Source: Lama guanicoe (lineage: Eukaryota). Taken from it: a stretch of DNA of 64,000 bases. A program made the translations under genes and the position numbers. The stretch lies in assembly GCA_013239625.1 (NCBI GenBank), contig MU054323.1:13811950-13875949 (forward strand). Direction: 5' to 3'. This document shows, piece by piece, positions 12,386 through 25,800 of this stretch; position 1 is the stretch's first letter; the number at the start of each line of letters is the position of its first letter. The notes under the pieces are model-generated. The model was given only the letters and a program-made list of their open reading frames with translations. It did not search any database and was not told where the DNA came from.

Positions 12386-13388
12386 CAAACATTTCTACTC
12401 TGATTTTGAGTATTTTAATTCTGGCAGCACGTTAGTCTCCTACCTCAGCCCAGCTTCCCTTTCGGTTTGCAGACACTAGACTAGGTCTGTGAACCAGTGG
12501 GGCCCATGGCAGGGCTGGAGGCACTGAACATGAACTGCACGTTTGAATGAATCTGAAATCCTGGTTGATCCCTTTGTTTTCACCTCACTGCATCCCAAAG
12601 ATGAGAACTAGCTGAGAATATGCCTGGATTTTCTGCCAGCTGGCAAGGCATCCCTGAATAATAGGAGATTATTAGAATCCTGCTCTTTTCCAGCAAGCTT
12701 TTATCCACATTCATTTTTTCTGTTGTGCCAATTAGGAATGGTACAGTGGTTTTCTTTTATGCATCCTGGCAGCCTCATCCACATAGATTTGGAAGGAAAA
12801 TCTTGCAGAATGTGAGATCCTTTTAGATAAAAGGAGTTTTGTTAATTTTAACCAAAAGACACTTGTGATGGCAATGGGGCTGTGAGTGTTACGTGCAGGT
12901 AAGGGCTCAGCTGCTAGGCTGCCTATGTGGAACTCTGACTATACTCCATTTCTTTCATGGCTACACAGTCTTACGAGTTCAGAAAATTGATGTGATACCA
13001 AAAAGGGGAATTAGAGACAGGGCTTTTGGTGAGATGACCTCATGGGTCCAGTCCTTGCTTTGGATGCCTTTGTATGGCTCTGCTTAATTCCTTTTGCAGA
13101 ACTTGGGTGGAGAGCTGCCCTTTCTCTGTTAGCAACCTGAACACTTCTAGTATTAGTGATTGAAGAGGTACTGATGGAGCTTAGGTAGGGGTTAACTGTT
13201 TTCCCTCTAGTTATTGTCATCAGTGGACAGGGGAATATACTCAGGTGCTCAGGTAGTGTTTGGGGGCTGAAATTTCATATAAGAAGCAATTGTCTTCATC
13301 TCAAACAGCACCTCTCTATCCCTGGGCCTGGGATACAGGGTTATTTCTTTACTGTTGCTCAGAAGAGGAGTGCCAGTGTATTCCCATG

Positions 13389-13441
13389 GTGTGTGTGTGC
13401 GTGTGCATGTGCATGTGTGCATGCATACGTACATGTGTACG
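13389..13441. repeat. 53-bp uninterrupted purine/pyrimidine alternation
   Basis: gtgtgtgtgtgcgtgtgcatgtgcatgtgtgcatgcatacgtacatgtgtacg. Confidence 0.9.
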
Positions 13442-13579
13442 ATTAATGAACTATTGCAACGTAATGTTAGCTTCTTAGTTTTTGCCAGAGGGGAACATAG
13501 AGTATTTCATAGAATAATAGAATTTTAGAGCCAGAAAACCACCACAGAGACCCATTAATCTATGGATTGACCACCATGA

Positions 13580-14010
13580 TTTTTTTCTTTCAGTTTCATT
13601 GAGATATAATTGACATATAGCAGTCTACAAGTTTAAAGTGTACGACACAGTGATTTGACTTGTATACATCATGAAATGATTACCACAATAAATTTAGTGA
13701 ACATCTGTCATCTCATATAGATGCCAAATTAAAGAAATAGAAAAAATGTTTTTCTTGTTATGAGAACGCTTAGAATTTACCCTTTAACAACTTTCATATA
13801 TAACATATAGCAGTGTTAATTGTATTTATCATGTTGTATACTATATCCCTATTACTTATTTATCTTATAACTGAAAGTTTGTACCTTTTGACTGCTTTCA
13901 CCCAATTTCCCTTCTCCCTCCTCCCCTGCCTCTGGTAGATACAAATCTAATCTCTCTATGAATTTGTTTGTTTCGAAGTATAATTGACCCATAACATTTA
14001 TGTTAGTTCC
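13580..14010 (-). mobile_element. L1MA9-like 3' end, apparently splitting a MIR (MIR pieces ~13515-13565 and ~14010-14130)
   Basis: T-tract then tttcattgagatataattgacatatagc...atgaaatgattaccacaataaatttagtgaacatc...cttataactgaaagtttgtaccttttgac. Confidence 0.85.
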
Positions 14011-14279
14011 TCAGGAAAGAGATGCAGAACAGTTTGAGAGATTTTCCCAAAGCAAAAGATGTATCGATGCATCCAGGTTGACCATCTGGGTATTCTGACC
14101 CCAGCCAAGTGGTTTTTCCTTTCATAATGACTACTTTTGTAACAAGAGAAAATTTATTTCTGTATTATTTTTTGGAAGAGAAATACTTTGAGGCAGGAGA
14201 AAGAGTAAGACAGAAAGGTTCATTTTTTTTCTGTTACTATTTAGCATACTAGTTTATACTTACTATTATTAAAAAACAC

Positions 14280-15620
14280 TTTGCTGAAGTATAATTAGCT
14301 TCTAGAAAGCTTTACATAATGAGTTTGGAGATAAAACTATAGCTGTAAAACCATCATCACAATCTATGCCGTAAATAAATACATCACCTTCAGAAGTTCC
14401 CTCCCCACCTTTATTGTTACCATCATTTTTTTATACGAATGTTTAACTTAAGATCTACCTCTTTTGCAAAATTTTAAGTACACAATACAGTATTGTTAAC
14501 TATAGATGTTATTAACTGTAGTCTGTATCGTAGATCTCTAAGATTGACTCATCTTGCATAACTGAAGCTTTGTACCCTCGAACTCCTGGCTTGCCCTTCC
14601 CCCTAGCTTCTGGCAACCACCACTCTACTCTGTGTTTCTATGAGTTTGGCTATTTTAGATTTCTCATGTAAGTGGAATCCTGTAGTATTTGTCTTTCTGT
14701 GTCTGGCTTATTTCACTTAGTGTAATGTCCTCCAGGTTCATTCATGTTTTTGCAAACAGCATGATTTCTTTTATTATTAGCCATCTTTTTAAAGGCTAAT
14801 ATTCCACTGTATGTGTAGCACATTTTCTTTACCCTGTTATCTATCAATGTACATTCAGTTTGCTTCCAAGTCTTGGCTATTCTGAATAATGCTGCAAACT
14901 AACGTGGGAATGCAGATATCTTTTCAAGATCTTGATTTCAAGATCTTTGAACATGTTCCTAGAAGTGAGATCTCTGGATCACATAGTAAGGTCTCTTGAA
15001 TTTTTTGAGGAGCCTCCATACTCTTTTCCACAGTGACTGTACCAATTTACATTCTTCCCAATAGTATATGAGAGTTTCCTTTTCTCCATAACTTCACTAA
15101 CATTTATCTTTTATTTTGTTTTGTGGACAATACACTTTTAACAAGTGTGAGGTGATTTCTCATTATGGGTTTGATTTGCATTTCCCTGATGATAGTGATG
15201 ATGAATACCTTTTCATATACCTGTTGGCTATCTGTATATCTTCTTCGGAGGCATATCTTTTCAGGTGCTTTGCCCTTTTTTAGATTGGTTTATTTTAAAA
15301 ATTTTTAAAGTTTTTTGCTGTTGAGTTGTGGGGGTTCCTTGCAAATTTTGGATAATAATCTTTTATCAGATACCTGGCTTGTGAATATTTTCTCCCATTC
15401 CATAGGTTATCTATTTATTTTGTTGATTGTTTCCTTTGTGGTTGAGAAGCTTTTCACTTTGATGTAATTCTACTTACCTATTTTTGCTTTTGTTGCTTGT
15501 GCTTTTGGTGTTATATCTAAGAATTCATTGCCAAGTTCAATGTCAAGAAGTATTTTTTCTGTTTTATTTCAGAAGTTTTATGGTTTCAAGTCTTATGTTT
15601 AAGTCTTTAATCTATTTTGT
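14280..15620 (-). mobile_element. 5'-truncated L1MA8/9-like element
   Basis: aagatctacctcttttgcaaaattttaagtacacaatacagtattgttaactatag...tgtctggcttatttcacttagtgtaatgtcctccaggttcattcatg...tttaagtctttaatctattttg. Confidence 0.9.
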
Positions 15621-16354
15621 GGTGGTTTTTAGTAGAGGTATCAGTGGAAAAGCAGTATCTATAGCATAACTATGTCTATGTTGAATGAATACACTAAGAA
15701 CCCCTGCTTTGCATATATCATGCTGTGTACTTGCTGAATGCAAAAATGAATACAAAACAGGACTACGAAAGACTTCATGCATCCTCCTGGAAGCTAGTAA
15801 TTCTAATTTTTTATCCTTCTTGAAGATTTTTATTCTTAATTTTCTACCTTGTAATATTTTTATTATTTATTTATTTTCCTTTTATGTATATGGGGGTTGT
15901 AGAATGATGAAAATGTTTTGCATACCTTTGGACTCTTTCTTTTCCAGAGTTCTGCCAACTGTCCATTTATGAATTCACTGTAGAGCAAGAGTAAAGAGGG
16001 TTGAGCTACTGTCTCTGAGTTTGGGCAGGTCATTTTATCTGTCTGGGGGCTTTCTACCCCTTAGGTATAAAATAAATCATTGTACTAAAGATGGATGTAG
16101 TTCCTCACAACTCAAAAACTCTATGTCTTTAGCTTTATAATAAACATGTATTTCTAAGAAAAATACATATTGCAAAGTGCCAGGCACTTTGCCTGGGGTT
16201 TATAAATAGTTGTCCGATCAAACTTCTGTCATAAATGAAGTTAAGAACCAGTGAGCATTTATTTAATTGAGCAGCTTATCCTTTGCCGCTTCTCCTAGTC
16301 TCTCAAAGTGGACAGGTATATTTAAATGGATATGCACGAGTCAGAAAATTCAGT

Positions 16355-16580
16355 ATAGTGTTTTGCTGAGTAGAAAAAGGATAGTCTAGAGTCAAACAGG
16401 TGGGTTTGGATCTAAATTATGCTTCTCATTTATGTAAATAATTTAATTCCTTTGAAGTTTAGTTTCCTCATCTGTAAAATGGAGATGATTATATCACTTT
16501 ATTGGATCATTAAGAAAATTAAATGATAATAGTGTGTAAAGTGCCTGGCATATAGTGAATATCAATAAATCCCTATTGAT
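16355..16580 (+). mobile_element. MIR SINE
   Basis: agtttcctcatctgtaaaatggagatgatt...attaaatgataatagtgtgtaaagtgcctggcatatagtgaatatcaataaat. Confidence 0.9.
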
Positions 16581-16644
16581 TTTCTGCTTTTTATATTTTG
16601 GATTTGCCCTTCAATAACTACAGAAATTGTGCCCCACACAGGTA

Positions 16645-16877
16645 GAAGTTGCTGGCAATCGTTGGTGTTCTTTAGCTTGTAGTTGCATTACTCTGATTTC
16701 TGCCTGCATTTCACATATCCTCCTTCCCTGTGTGTCTGTGTCCTAACTTCCCTCCTATTATAAGGGTGACAGTCATTGAATGAGGGCCCACCCTAATCCA
16801 GTTTGACCTCATCCAGGCTTGATTTACATCTGCAAAGGCCCTATTTCCAAAAGAGGTCACAGTCACAGGTACTGGGT
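16645..16877 (-). mobile_element. MLT1B/C-like MaLR LTR fragment
   Basis: gttgctggcaatcgttggtgttc...agggcccaccctaatccagtttgacctcatc...tacatctgcaaaggccctatttccaaaagaggtcacagtcacaggtactggg. Confidence 0.85.
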
Positions 16878-18866
16878 TTTACTTCTTCCTTTCCAATATG
16901 CATTCCTTTTGCTTCTTTTTCTTGCCTTATGATAGTAAATAGAACCTTCAGTACAATGTATAATAGAAGTGCTGAGAGTGGTCATCTTTGTATTTTTCTT
17001 AATCTTTGAAAAGGAGTATATTTTATCACCATTAATTATATTAGCTTTAAGTTTTTGCTAGATTCCTTTATTTGGATTCAGGAAGTCAACTCCTATTGCA
17101 TTTTGGCTGAGAGTTTTTTTCAAATCAGGAATGAGTGTTGAATTTTAGGAAATGCTTTTTCTACATCTATAAAAATTTTATATATATATATATATATAGT
17201 TTATTAAAATAAAGAATTTTATTGATTCTTAGAAATGTTTTTTATATTGATTCATTTTTTGATTGTCAAACTAACCTTTCATCCTTGGGGTAAACCCCAT
17301 TTGGCCATGATATATTATCCTTTCTGTATATTCTATATATTCTATTAGTTAAATTTTTATTTAGAATATTTGCACCAATATTCATGAAGGATATTAGTCA
17401 TTAGTTTTCTTTTATTGTTACGACTTTGTTATTTCTTGGTATCAGACTGACAGTGGCCTCATAGAATGAGTTGGACTGTATCCCCTCTTCTTCAGTTTTA
17501 TGGAAGAGTGTTTATAGAATTGATATTGTTTCTTTCTTAAAAACCTGGTAGATATAACCATTGAATCGTCTGAGCTTGAAGTTTATTTTATTGAAAGGTT
17601 TTAACTACAAATGCAGTTTCTTTAGTAGGTATGTGGATACTAGGGTTACTTGTTTCTTCTTGTGTGAGATTTAGTAGTTTGTGTATTTCATGGCATAAAG
17701 TTTTTCATATTTCCTTATTGTTCTTTAGTATCTGTAGAATTTATAGTAATGTCAGTTCTTTCATTCCAGATGCTACTAATTTGTCTTTTTCCCCCCCAAT
17801 ATGTTTGAGTAGAGGTTTACCAATTGAATTGATCTTCTCAAAGAACCAGAATTTGGTTCAATTTCATTTTTCTATTTTTACTAATTTTCACTTTGATATT
17901 TATTAGTGCTTTCTTTGTAATTACTTTGGGTTTAATTAGTTCTTGTTTTTCTAGATGCTTAAGGTGGAACTTGAAGTCAATAATTTGATTCCATTCATCT
18001 TTTCTAAAATAAATATTTAGTGCCATGAATTTCCTACTAAGGAATGTACCACAAATTTTGAGATGTTGATATGTTGTGTTTTCATTTTCATCCCATTTAA
18101 AATACGTTCTAATAGAGTCTTTGATTGCTTTTTTGATCCCTAGGGTATTTGGAAGTATGTTTTTTAGTTCTCAAATACATTGGGATTTTCTAGAGCTCTT
18201 TATTGATCTTTATTAATCTGTTACTGATTTCTAATTTAATATCGTGATTAAACAACATACTTTGTATGAATTGGATCCTATACGTTATTGTGACTTATTT
18301 TGTGGTCTAGAATATGGTCAATATAGGTAAATATTCTGTGTGCTGTTGAATGTATATTCTGCTGTTGTTTGGTGAAGTGTTCTATAAAAGTCAGTTAGGT
18401 CAAGCTGGCTCATAGTGTTATTCAAATCTTCTAAATCCTAACTTATTTTGTGTATATTCTATAAATTATTGGGAGTGAGGTTGAACTATCCAGCTGTAAT
18501 TGTGGGGTTTTCTATTTCTCTTGGAAGCTCAATCAATTTTTGCTTTGCATATTTTGAACCTCTGTTATTGGGTGCATACATTTTTAGGAATGTCATGCCT
18601 GTTGATTAATACTCACTTATAATTGTGAAATGATCCTCTTTATCCCTACTAGTTACCTTTGCTCTGAAATATACTTTGATATTAATGCAAAGATTCCTGC
18701 TTTCTTTTGATTGATATTAATGTGGTATATGTTCATATTTTTACTTTTAATCTACTTGTTTCTTTATATTTAATGTATTTAATTTGTTTATTTTTAATAC
18801 ATACATTCTTGTTGCAGTATATAGTTGTGCCTTCAAAAAAAGTCTGTATTTATAGATATGGCTTGG

Positions 18867-18927
18867 TTTAAACTGATCATCTTGTTATTTTCTTTCTTTA
18901 AACTGATCATCTTGTTATTTTCTTTCT
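18867..18927. repeat. Perfect 30-bp tandem duplication
   Basis: tttaaactgatcatcttgttattttctttc x2 (18867-18896, 18897-18926). Confidence 0.95.
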
Positions 18928-19630
18928 ATTTGTCTTATTCATTTTTTTTATTCCTTATTTCCCTTATTATCTTCCTTTTGTTGGATTAATTTAATTTTTT
19001 AATGATTCTACTTTATCTATATTGTTGACTTATTGGCTATAGCTTTTTATTAATTATAGTAGTTGCTTTAGGTTTTATATTATACATCTTTACTTTATCA
19101 TGTTCTACCTTCAGGTAAAATTTTACTACTTCTTGAATATTACATGAACTTTTTGACAGTATATGTCTTTTTCTCCCCTCCTAACTTTTGTGGTTTTGTT
19201 GTCATGCATTTTAATTTATAATTGTTATAAACCTTGCTCAATCTTCTTATTTTTATTTAAATATTTAATTATCTTTTAAAAGAGATTGAAAATAATAAGA
19301 ACAGTATATTTCCCTATTTTATTACCAGTCTTTGGTGCTCTTTATTTCTTGTGCAAATCTTTATTTCCATCATTTTCTTTCTGTCTGAAGGACTTTCCTT
19401 AACATTTATTGTAATAATGAGATGCTGGTGATGAATTCTTTCAGTTTTCTGCCAAAGTCTTTGTTTTATCTTTTTTGAAGGAAATTTTCCCTAAGTATTG
19501 AATTTTAGATTGACAGATTCTGTTTCACTGAGTTTTTGTTTGCATTGTTTCTAGATAAGAAATCAGCTGTCATTCTTATTTTTTATCCCTTTGTGTATAA
19601 TACAACTTTTACCCTCTCTGGCTACTTTTT

Positions 19631-19897
19631 TTTTTCTTTTTACATTTTTTTATTGAGTTATAGTTATTTTACAGTGTTGCATCAAATTCCAGTGTAGAAC
19701 ACAATTTTTCAATTATACATGAATATACATACATATATTCATTGTCACATTTTTTTTTCACTGTGAGCTACCACAAGATCTTGTATATACTTCCCTGTGC
19801 TATACAGTATAATCTTGTTTATCTGTTCTTCATATGCCTGTTAGTATCTACAAATGTTTGAATTCCCAGTCTATCCCTTCCCACCCTCCTCCCCTTC
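19631..19897 (-). mobile_element. Young, severely 5'-truncated L1 insertion with perfect TSD
   Basis: TSD ccctctctggctacttttt at 19612-19630 and 19898-19916; T-tract (poly-A tail) at left end; L1 3'UTR text ccctgtgctatacagtataatcttgtttatct. Confidence 0.92.
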
Positions 19898-22399
19898 CCC
19901 TCTCTGGCTACTTTTTAATATGTTTTCTTTATCTCTGATTTTTAAGTAGTTTGATTATCATATACTTTGGCATTTTTTTTTTCAGTTTCTTGTGCTTGCA
20001 GTCTCTTAACCTCTTAGATCGATGGATTTACAGTTTTCACCAGTTTGTTTTTTTCAAATATAACCATTATTTTTTTTGAAAAATTTTTCCACCTCCAAAC
20101 CCACAGACTCTAGTTATACATATATTAGGCTGCTTGACTTTGTCCTACATTTCATGGATGCACTGTTCATTTAAAAAACTTCTCTTTATTTCATTTTGGA
20201 CAGTTTTATTGCTGTGTATTCAATTTCATTAATCTTTTTTTCTTCGGTGTCAAACCTGCTCTTAATCTTATCCAGTCTGTTTTCATCTCACACGTTGTAT
20301 TTTCACATTTAAAGGCTTGATTTTGCTCTTTTTCTCTTTCTTTCTCCTCTCTACTTACATTTCTGAATGTATGATATATAGCTGTTTTAATGTCCTTGTT
20401 TTCTAATTTCAACGTATGTACCAATTCTGAGTCATTTTTGATTGATAACATTTAAAATGTATTTTAAATTATATTTTCCATCTCATTTTTCTGGTCTAGT
20501 AATTTGTTATTGTATTCCATATGTTGTAAATGTTAGCTTCTTTGGTAGTTACAGAAATAAAAATATTTTTTTTAATTTAGAAAAATATTTTTTATTTCTA
20601 TAAATATTCCTGTATTTTGTTCTGAAATATATCTGAGTTATTTATAAAAGTTTGATTTCTTCAGATCCTGCATTTATGGTTGGTTGGGTGTAACTGTAGC
20701 ACTTCTCAGTCTAAGGAGAATTATTCCCCATTAGTAAGACAAGACCTTCTGTGTAGTCTGCCCAAAGTTCAGTGAATCATAAGGGTTTTCATTCTGGCTG
20801 GTGGGAACAAGCTCTCTTCCTGGCCTTGTGTGAGTGTTTGGGACTGTCACATCTAATCCTTTTGGGTAACTCTTTCCTCAGCTTCACATAGGTTCTTCAT
20901 ATACATATGCCAGTTATTACTCAGCTGAACACTGAGTGTTCCCTTTGCAAGCTTGGGAATTCTTTCTCTGTGCATCTTTCTTTTCCCTGGTTCACTGTCC
21001 CATGAAATTTCTTCAGACTTGTACCTCTGTTTCATCAAGTTACAGGGTACACTGTGCTCTGCCTAGATTCCCTCTACCTGCACCATGGTTTAAAACTTTC
21101 TTAAGGAAATATGCTGGAGCAACTATAGGTATCACCTTAATTTTTTTTTTTTTTTGGCTTTCAGTGATCATTGTCCTTCATTGCGTGATACCCCATATCA
21201 TGAAAACAATTCTAAAAATATTTTGTCATTTTTTGTTGTTTCAGGCTGGAGTCTACATCTGGCCAGAAGCAGAGATTTCTCAGTTGTCTCGAACCCTTAT
21301 TTAAATGCTGTATGGATTTTTTCCAACTTGTCTGTGCTTACATCTAATCTCCCCAACAAGACAGTGGACTCCTCTAGGACAGAGGATTAAGATTAAATTT
21401 GGGCATGTCCCTTGTAACACTGTGTATTTTGCTGTAAATTTTAAAAGTTGCTTGTATGAGGATAATGACAGCATAGGAATTATTTACAACATTCTTCCTG
21501 TCCATGTCTATCATATGACATTTAATAATGTCATCTTGAATTTACTGTTATGTATGCTCCTATGAAGGAAGAGGAGAGCTGGGTCAGTGTGATTTTGAGT
21601 GAAGGTAGGGGTTCCAGGGCCTGAGACCTTGAGTTTAAATTAAATCAACAACCAGTTAGAAGAGTTAGAGTCCAAATGTTGAGAGAAACTCAGGAGAAGG
21701 AAGTACAGGGAGCCAAGCATATGGGAGCTGGGAACAAGGATAAAGGGGAGAAAAGCTGTCCTGCAAATATCCTGAGATATGCACTTGATGTAGGTGGCTC
21801 CTCTGTTTAAATATTTGAAAAAATCATCTGGTATAGAAATAGTAAAAAGGTGAGTGAATCTGGCATAAAGAGACTGAAGTGTGATGGAAAATCACTTACA
21901 GTACATTAACTACAACCAGTTCCTCTCTCAATTCTGTAGTGTGGCTCTAATGACTATATTAGCTGTATAAACCCTGCCATCCTGCTTATTCACAGAGACT
22001 TCCTGGCTTTGTTACTTTATAACTAATATATTTGTAAACATAATACACACTCACACAAAACATCCGTTTGAAAATTGGTTCACTTTCTTCATAAAGGAGC
22101 CAGAAATTCTGATACAATCACAATAAAAAGATCATGGTGTTTGTTGTACTAAGGGCTTTTCATTACCTTAGAAAGCGTTTTAAATGAATAATAAGTTTAA
22201 AATTCAAGTAGAAGTTGTAAGGTAGTATCTGAAAACATTTCTGACCTATTTGCTCTTTGTTCAGATACTGTAGCTTACAGGTATAGCAGTGTCTGATGGG
22301 CTTTACTCAATAAAACTACATAGTTCAGTTATTTCTACCCATTCATCAAGTTCCATAAAAGCGAGATAAAAATTCCTGAAGATCATTTAAAATAGTAAT

Positions 22400-22610
22400 A
22401 GAGCTATGTCTTGGCACTATGATGAAAGACATATAATATATTAGCACATTTGATACTTGGAATAATGCTATGAAGTAGGTATTGTTATTATTTCTCTTTT
22501 CTAGAGGAAAATCCAGTTTAGACAGTTTAAATATCTTGTCCAAAGTTGCTGGTTTTCAAGGAGATCAAAGTCAGATCAGTTTGACTTCAAAATTCTTAAT
22601 CACTGTTCTG
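22400..22610 (-). mobile_element. MIR SINE
   Basis: ctatgaagtaggtattgttattatttctctttttctagaggaaaat...tcttgtccaaagtt...cagtttgacttcaaa. Confidence 0.75.
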
Positions 22611-22708
22611 CATAATTTTCTCCCTCCTTGTCTCCTTTTTGGGGGGAGTACTGAGCTACAAATTCAACAGGATGCACACTATCCCAATTTATTATGTCAC
22701 TTCGAAGT

Positions 22709-23070
22709 TACCATAGGCTTTATGTTTTTGTTTCCCCATTTCAACATTTGTTGAAACCTAATTCCCGATGAGGTATTATTTGGAAGTGGGGCTTTGGGGA
22801 GGTGATTAGGTCATGAGAGTGGAACCCTCATGAATGAAATTAGTGTCCTTATAAAGAGAGACCCTTGAGGGCTTCCTCGTTCCTCCCACCATGTGAGGAC
22901 ACAGTGAAAATGGTTGTCTGTGAACCAGGAAGTGGTGTCCCGTTAGACACCACATATGTTGGCACCCTGATCTTGGACCTCCAAGCCTCGAGAGTTACGA
23001 AAAATATTTGTTGTTTAAGGCACCTAGGTGATGGCATTTTGTTACAGCAGCTTGAATAAATCCAAGGCCA
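22709..23070 (+). mobile_element. MLT1A/MLT1A0-like MaLR solo LTR, near full length
   Basis: tttggaagtggggctttgggaggtgattaggtcatgagagtggaaccctcatgaatgaaattagtgtccttataaagagagaccc...ccatgtgaggacacagtgaaaatgg...ggcaccctgatcttggacctcc...ttttgttacagcagc. Confidence 0.9.
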
Positions 23071-24539
23071 TTATAGAATCTGTTTTTGGAATTCATCAAA
23101 AGGCCCTGTCTTCTTTGTAATGAAAAAGTTTGCTTTAATTAAGAGTCTCTCTTCCACTCCCAGATATTACCTTAAAAACACGCTTCAGGATACAGTGGTA
23201 TTGTCTACCCATAAAAATTCGTAAAACACAATATATTTTCTTTATTTTTGCTGTTATAAAATTCAGATTAATTTTCCTTTTACTAGAACCCAGTGCAAAC
23301 CAAATTTTCATGGTTTATTGGGAGAGAATTTCCTCTGGAGGTTGTGGGCATTGTGTCATATGACTGCTGGGGGCAGTAGAGGACTTTCCAAGTGAGCATG
23401 ACTGAGACCAGATGCAAAAAGCTTTCCTTGGGTGTGTTGAGAGTGGGAGTAAAGAGAAGGGTGAGTAGTGGTGGGAAGGGTTATCAGAAATCATGACAGG
23501 CAAGAGAAAAAGGAATCAAGTTAAGGATGTAGCTAGGCCAGGTATGAGAGAGTCAGAGAAATTGCTAATTGGAGTTGAAGATAATAATATGTTAAATAGA
23601 CAAAACCGTATCTGTAGATGCAGGGCTTTCTGTCTAGCCCTATCCAGCTTCAAGCTATAAAGAGTAGATTTTTAAAATCTTAAGTGGTACCAGTCACAAT
23701 CTTACATACTTTATATTTGTTACTATATTTATTGATTATTTCTATTATATTTATTTGCTATGCTTATATTTATTACTTAAGCCTCATAAAAATCTCACAA
23801 ATTCTTATAAAAATCCTATGGTGGTGGGTATTATCCAAATACTATAAAAAAAGGAAAAAACTAAGCAAGTTCAGAAAATTTGAAGTTAGATCTCAGAGCT
23901 AATCTAATCTCAAATCCTAGGCTTTCTCCCTTAAATTCTCAACACCTTGACAGTTTTTTTCTAGTGAAAGATTATTTCTGTACCCAGGAAATTTGAATAA
24001 AATCAATATAGTGATATTTTAAAAGCCCAATTTCCCTTTACAAATCTATTTTTGTCTAAGCAGTATTCTTTAGAATGCATTTATTGGAATGCAATCTTTC
24101 CTTGACTATTCTAACTTCTTTGTCATACCATTCAAATAATATAATTATCAAATTATCTAAGGGTAATAAGAGAATAGGAGATATCAGACTAGGGAGTCCT
24201 TCAATTGCAGAGGTGTACATGACCTTGAGGGCCTCAGTTACTCAGAATTGCCACTTCCTCTCAGAAGCTGTTATGTTACCACATAAACTTGATTTATGCT
24301 GAGATTTAAAAAAAAATGAAACAGCCATTATGTATGCTCAGATTGTTAGAGGTTGCAGTAATCTAAACATGGTGATTTATATGATTTAGAAATTAAAATT
24401 TAGAAGTTTGCTTTCCAGCATAATTCTAGAGGAAGGGTTAGCATTGTGTAACCAATATTTTGTCAGGATTTGATTGAAATGGTAAAATGAGCAAAATTCT
24501 ATAAGAGCAAAAGTAAAAGTTAAACCTAACTAACATTGG

Positions 24540-25150
24540 TATGAAGACTAGAAGGATTTTGGACCATACCCCAAGGCATTTAGAAACGTTTTTAAGGTTT
24601 TAAGCGAAAGAGTGACATAATTATATTGAGAAAGATGAACCTAATTATCTGTGCAGAATAAGATGCATGGGCTAATGCTGGTGGCAGGAGAACCTTTAGG
24701 AGGCTGTTATAGTAAACCAAGTGAGAAATCATAGTGTGGATCTGGTAATCAGAAATATAGGGTAGAAGAAGGAAAGGAGGAAGCTACTGATGACTCTCAA
24801 GAGTTTTGATTTGAGTGACTAGGGAATGGTGGTGTAATTCACTAAGGAATAAGGAGGAACAGATTTTAGTGGGCCATAGGGAGAGCTTGGATGTGTGGAT
24901 GTAATAATAAGAAAAAGGAGAATAAATGGATAAGGATATGGGAGGGAAACAGTGATATCATGGAAGCCTAAGCTGGAGAAAATGATTAGGTTAGGGAATA
25001 ATTTATAGGAGCAAATGTTGGAGAGTGAGAGAGAGAGGTATAGATGGAAGAGAAAGTAAAATAAGGACTAAAAAGTGTTAATTGGATTTAAAAACACATC
25101 AATCACTAGTGACCATGGTAAGAACAGTTTCAGAGAAGAGCAGGAAGCCA
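24540..25150 (-). mobile_element. L2 fragment
   Basis: Purine-rich; ggaggctgttatagtaaaccaagtgagaaat...gatgactctcaagagttttgatttgagtgactaggg...ttggattta...tcactagtgaccatggtaagaacagtttcag. Confidence 0.75.
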
Positions 25151-25199
25151 AGAAAGATGGTTATATTTTTTTATTTGGAGGGGAAAAAGCCTAAGGATA

Positions 25200-25500
25200 T
25201 CACAGAAGTCATATTAAATTTTTCTTCCCTCTGGGAACATGGTATGATTTCACTTTCTCACACCCTTTGAAGTTAGAGCTATGTGACTTGGTATTGCTAA
25301 TGAAATGTAAGCAGATGTGATATTGTCACTTTGGGGTGGAAAATAGAGCTGGTGTGCTCTTTTCTACCTTTCCTTTTCCTATTTCAGTTATCTGGAAAGT
25401 ATGTGTCGAGATGAATCTCTCATTAGCTTGTGGGCTTCAAAGATCCCAATGAACACAGTCTCCCAGGTGACCCCAGGTGTAACATGAGCCAAAGTTCAGG
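25200..25500 (+). mobile_element. Old MLT1 (I/J-like) LTR fragment
   Basis: ccctttgaagttagagctatgtgacttggtattgctaatgaaatgtaagcagatgtgatattgtcactt. Confidence 0.65.
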
Positions 25501-25509
25501 AACTTAGTT

Positions 25510-25800
25510 GACATTGATTTCTCTATTTCTTTCATTGTGCATTACATCTCAGCTCTGTATCCACCAATTTTGTTTCTCTTTAGTTGTTTACTCTTGTAAT
25601 GTAGAAAGCGGATTATATGACCACCAGGCTCAAGTACCCAGAGCGTTTTGGCTAGAAGCTCTGTGTTCCAGTTCCAAATTCTCATAAGAAGAAATTTGAT
25701 TGGCCAAGCTTGGGTCAGGTGATCACTTCTAGTTCTAATAAGCTTTGCCATGATATGGAAGGGGAAGAGCTATGTCTTGATACTTAAGTTGTGAGGTGAG
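25510..25800 (-). mobile_element. Old MaLR/ERVL LTR fragment (MLT1K/L-like)
   Basis: tttgattggccaagcttgggtcaggtgatcacttctagttctaat. Confidence 0.5.

Larger units (their letters stand above)
16878..21270 (-). mobile_element. Long decayed L1M: ORF2 RT/EN, ORF1 and 5' region remnants
   Basis: ORF 17838-18026(-) ALNIYFRKDE..QI....FHLKHLEKQE.IKPK resembles ORF2p ALNAYIKKEERSQIN.L.FHLKELEKEEQ.KPK; 20206-20451(-) is ORF1 coiled-coil-like; agaaatcagctgtcattctt ORF1 motif at ~19560. Confidence 0.85.

Noticed and set aside
3700..18927. Short direct repeats as a CRISPR-like array
   Set aside because: Only isolated two-copy tandem duplications without unique spacers, in mammalian DNA with no cas genes
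21845..22290. Isolated splice-like sites (AAG|GTGAGT ~21850; acceptor ~22264)
   Set aside because: No convincing partner sites or exon; such matches are expected by chance
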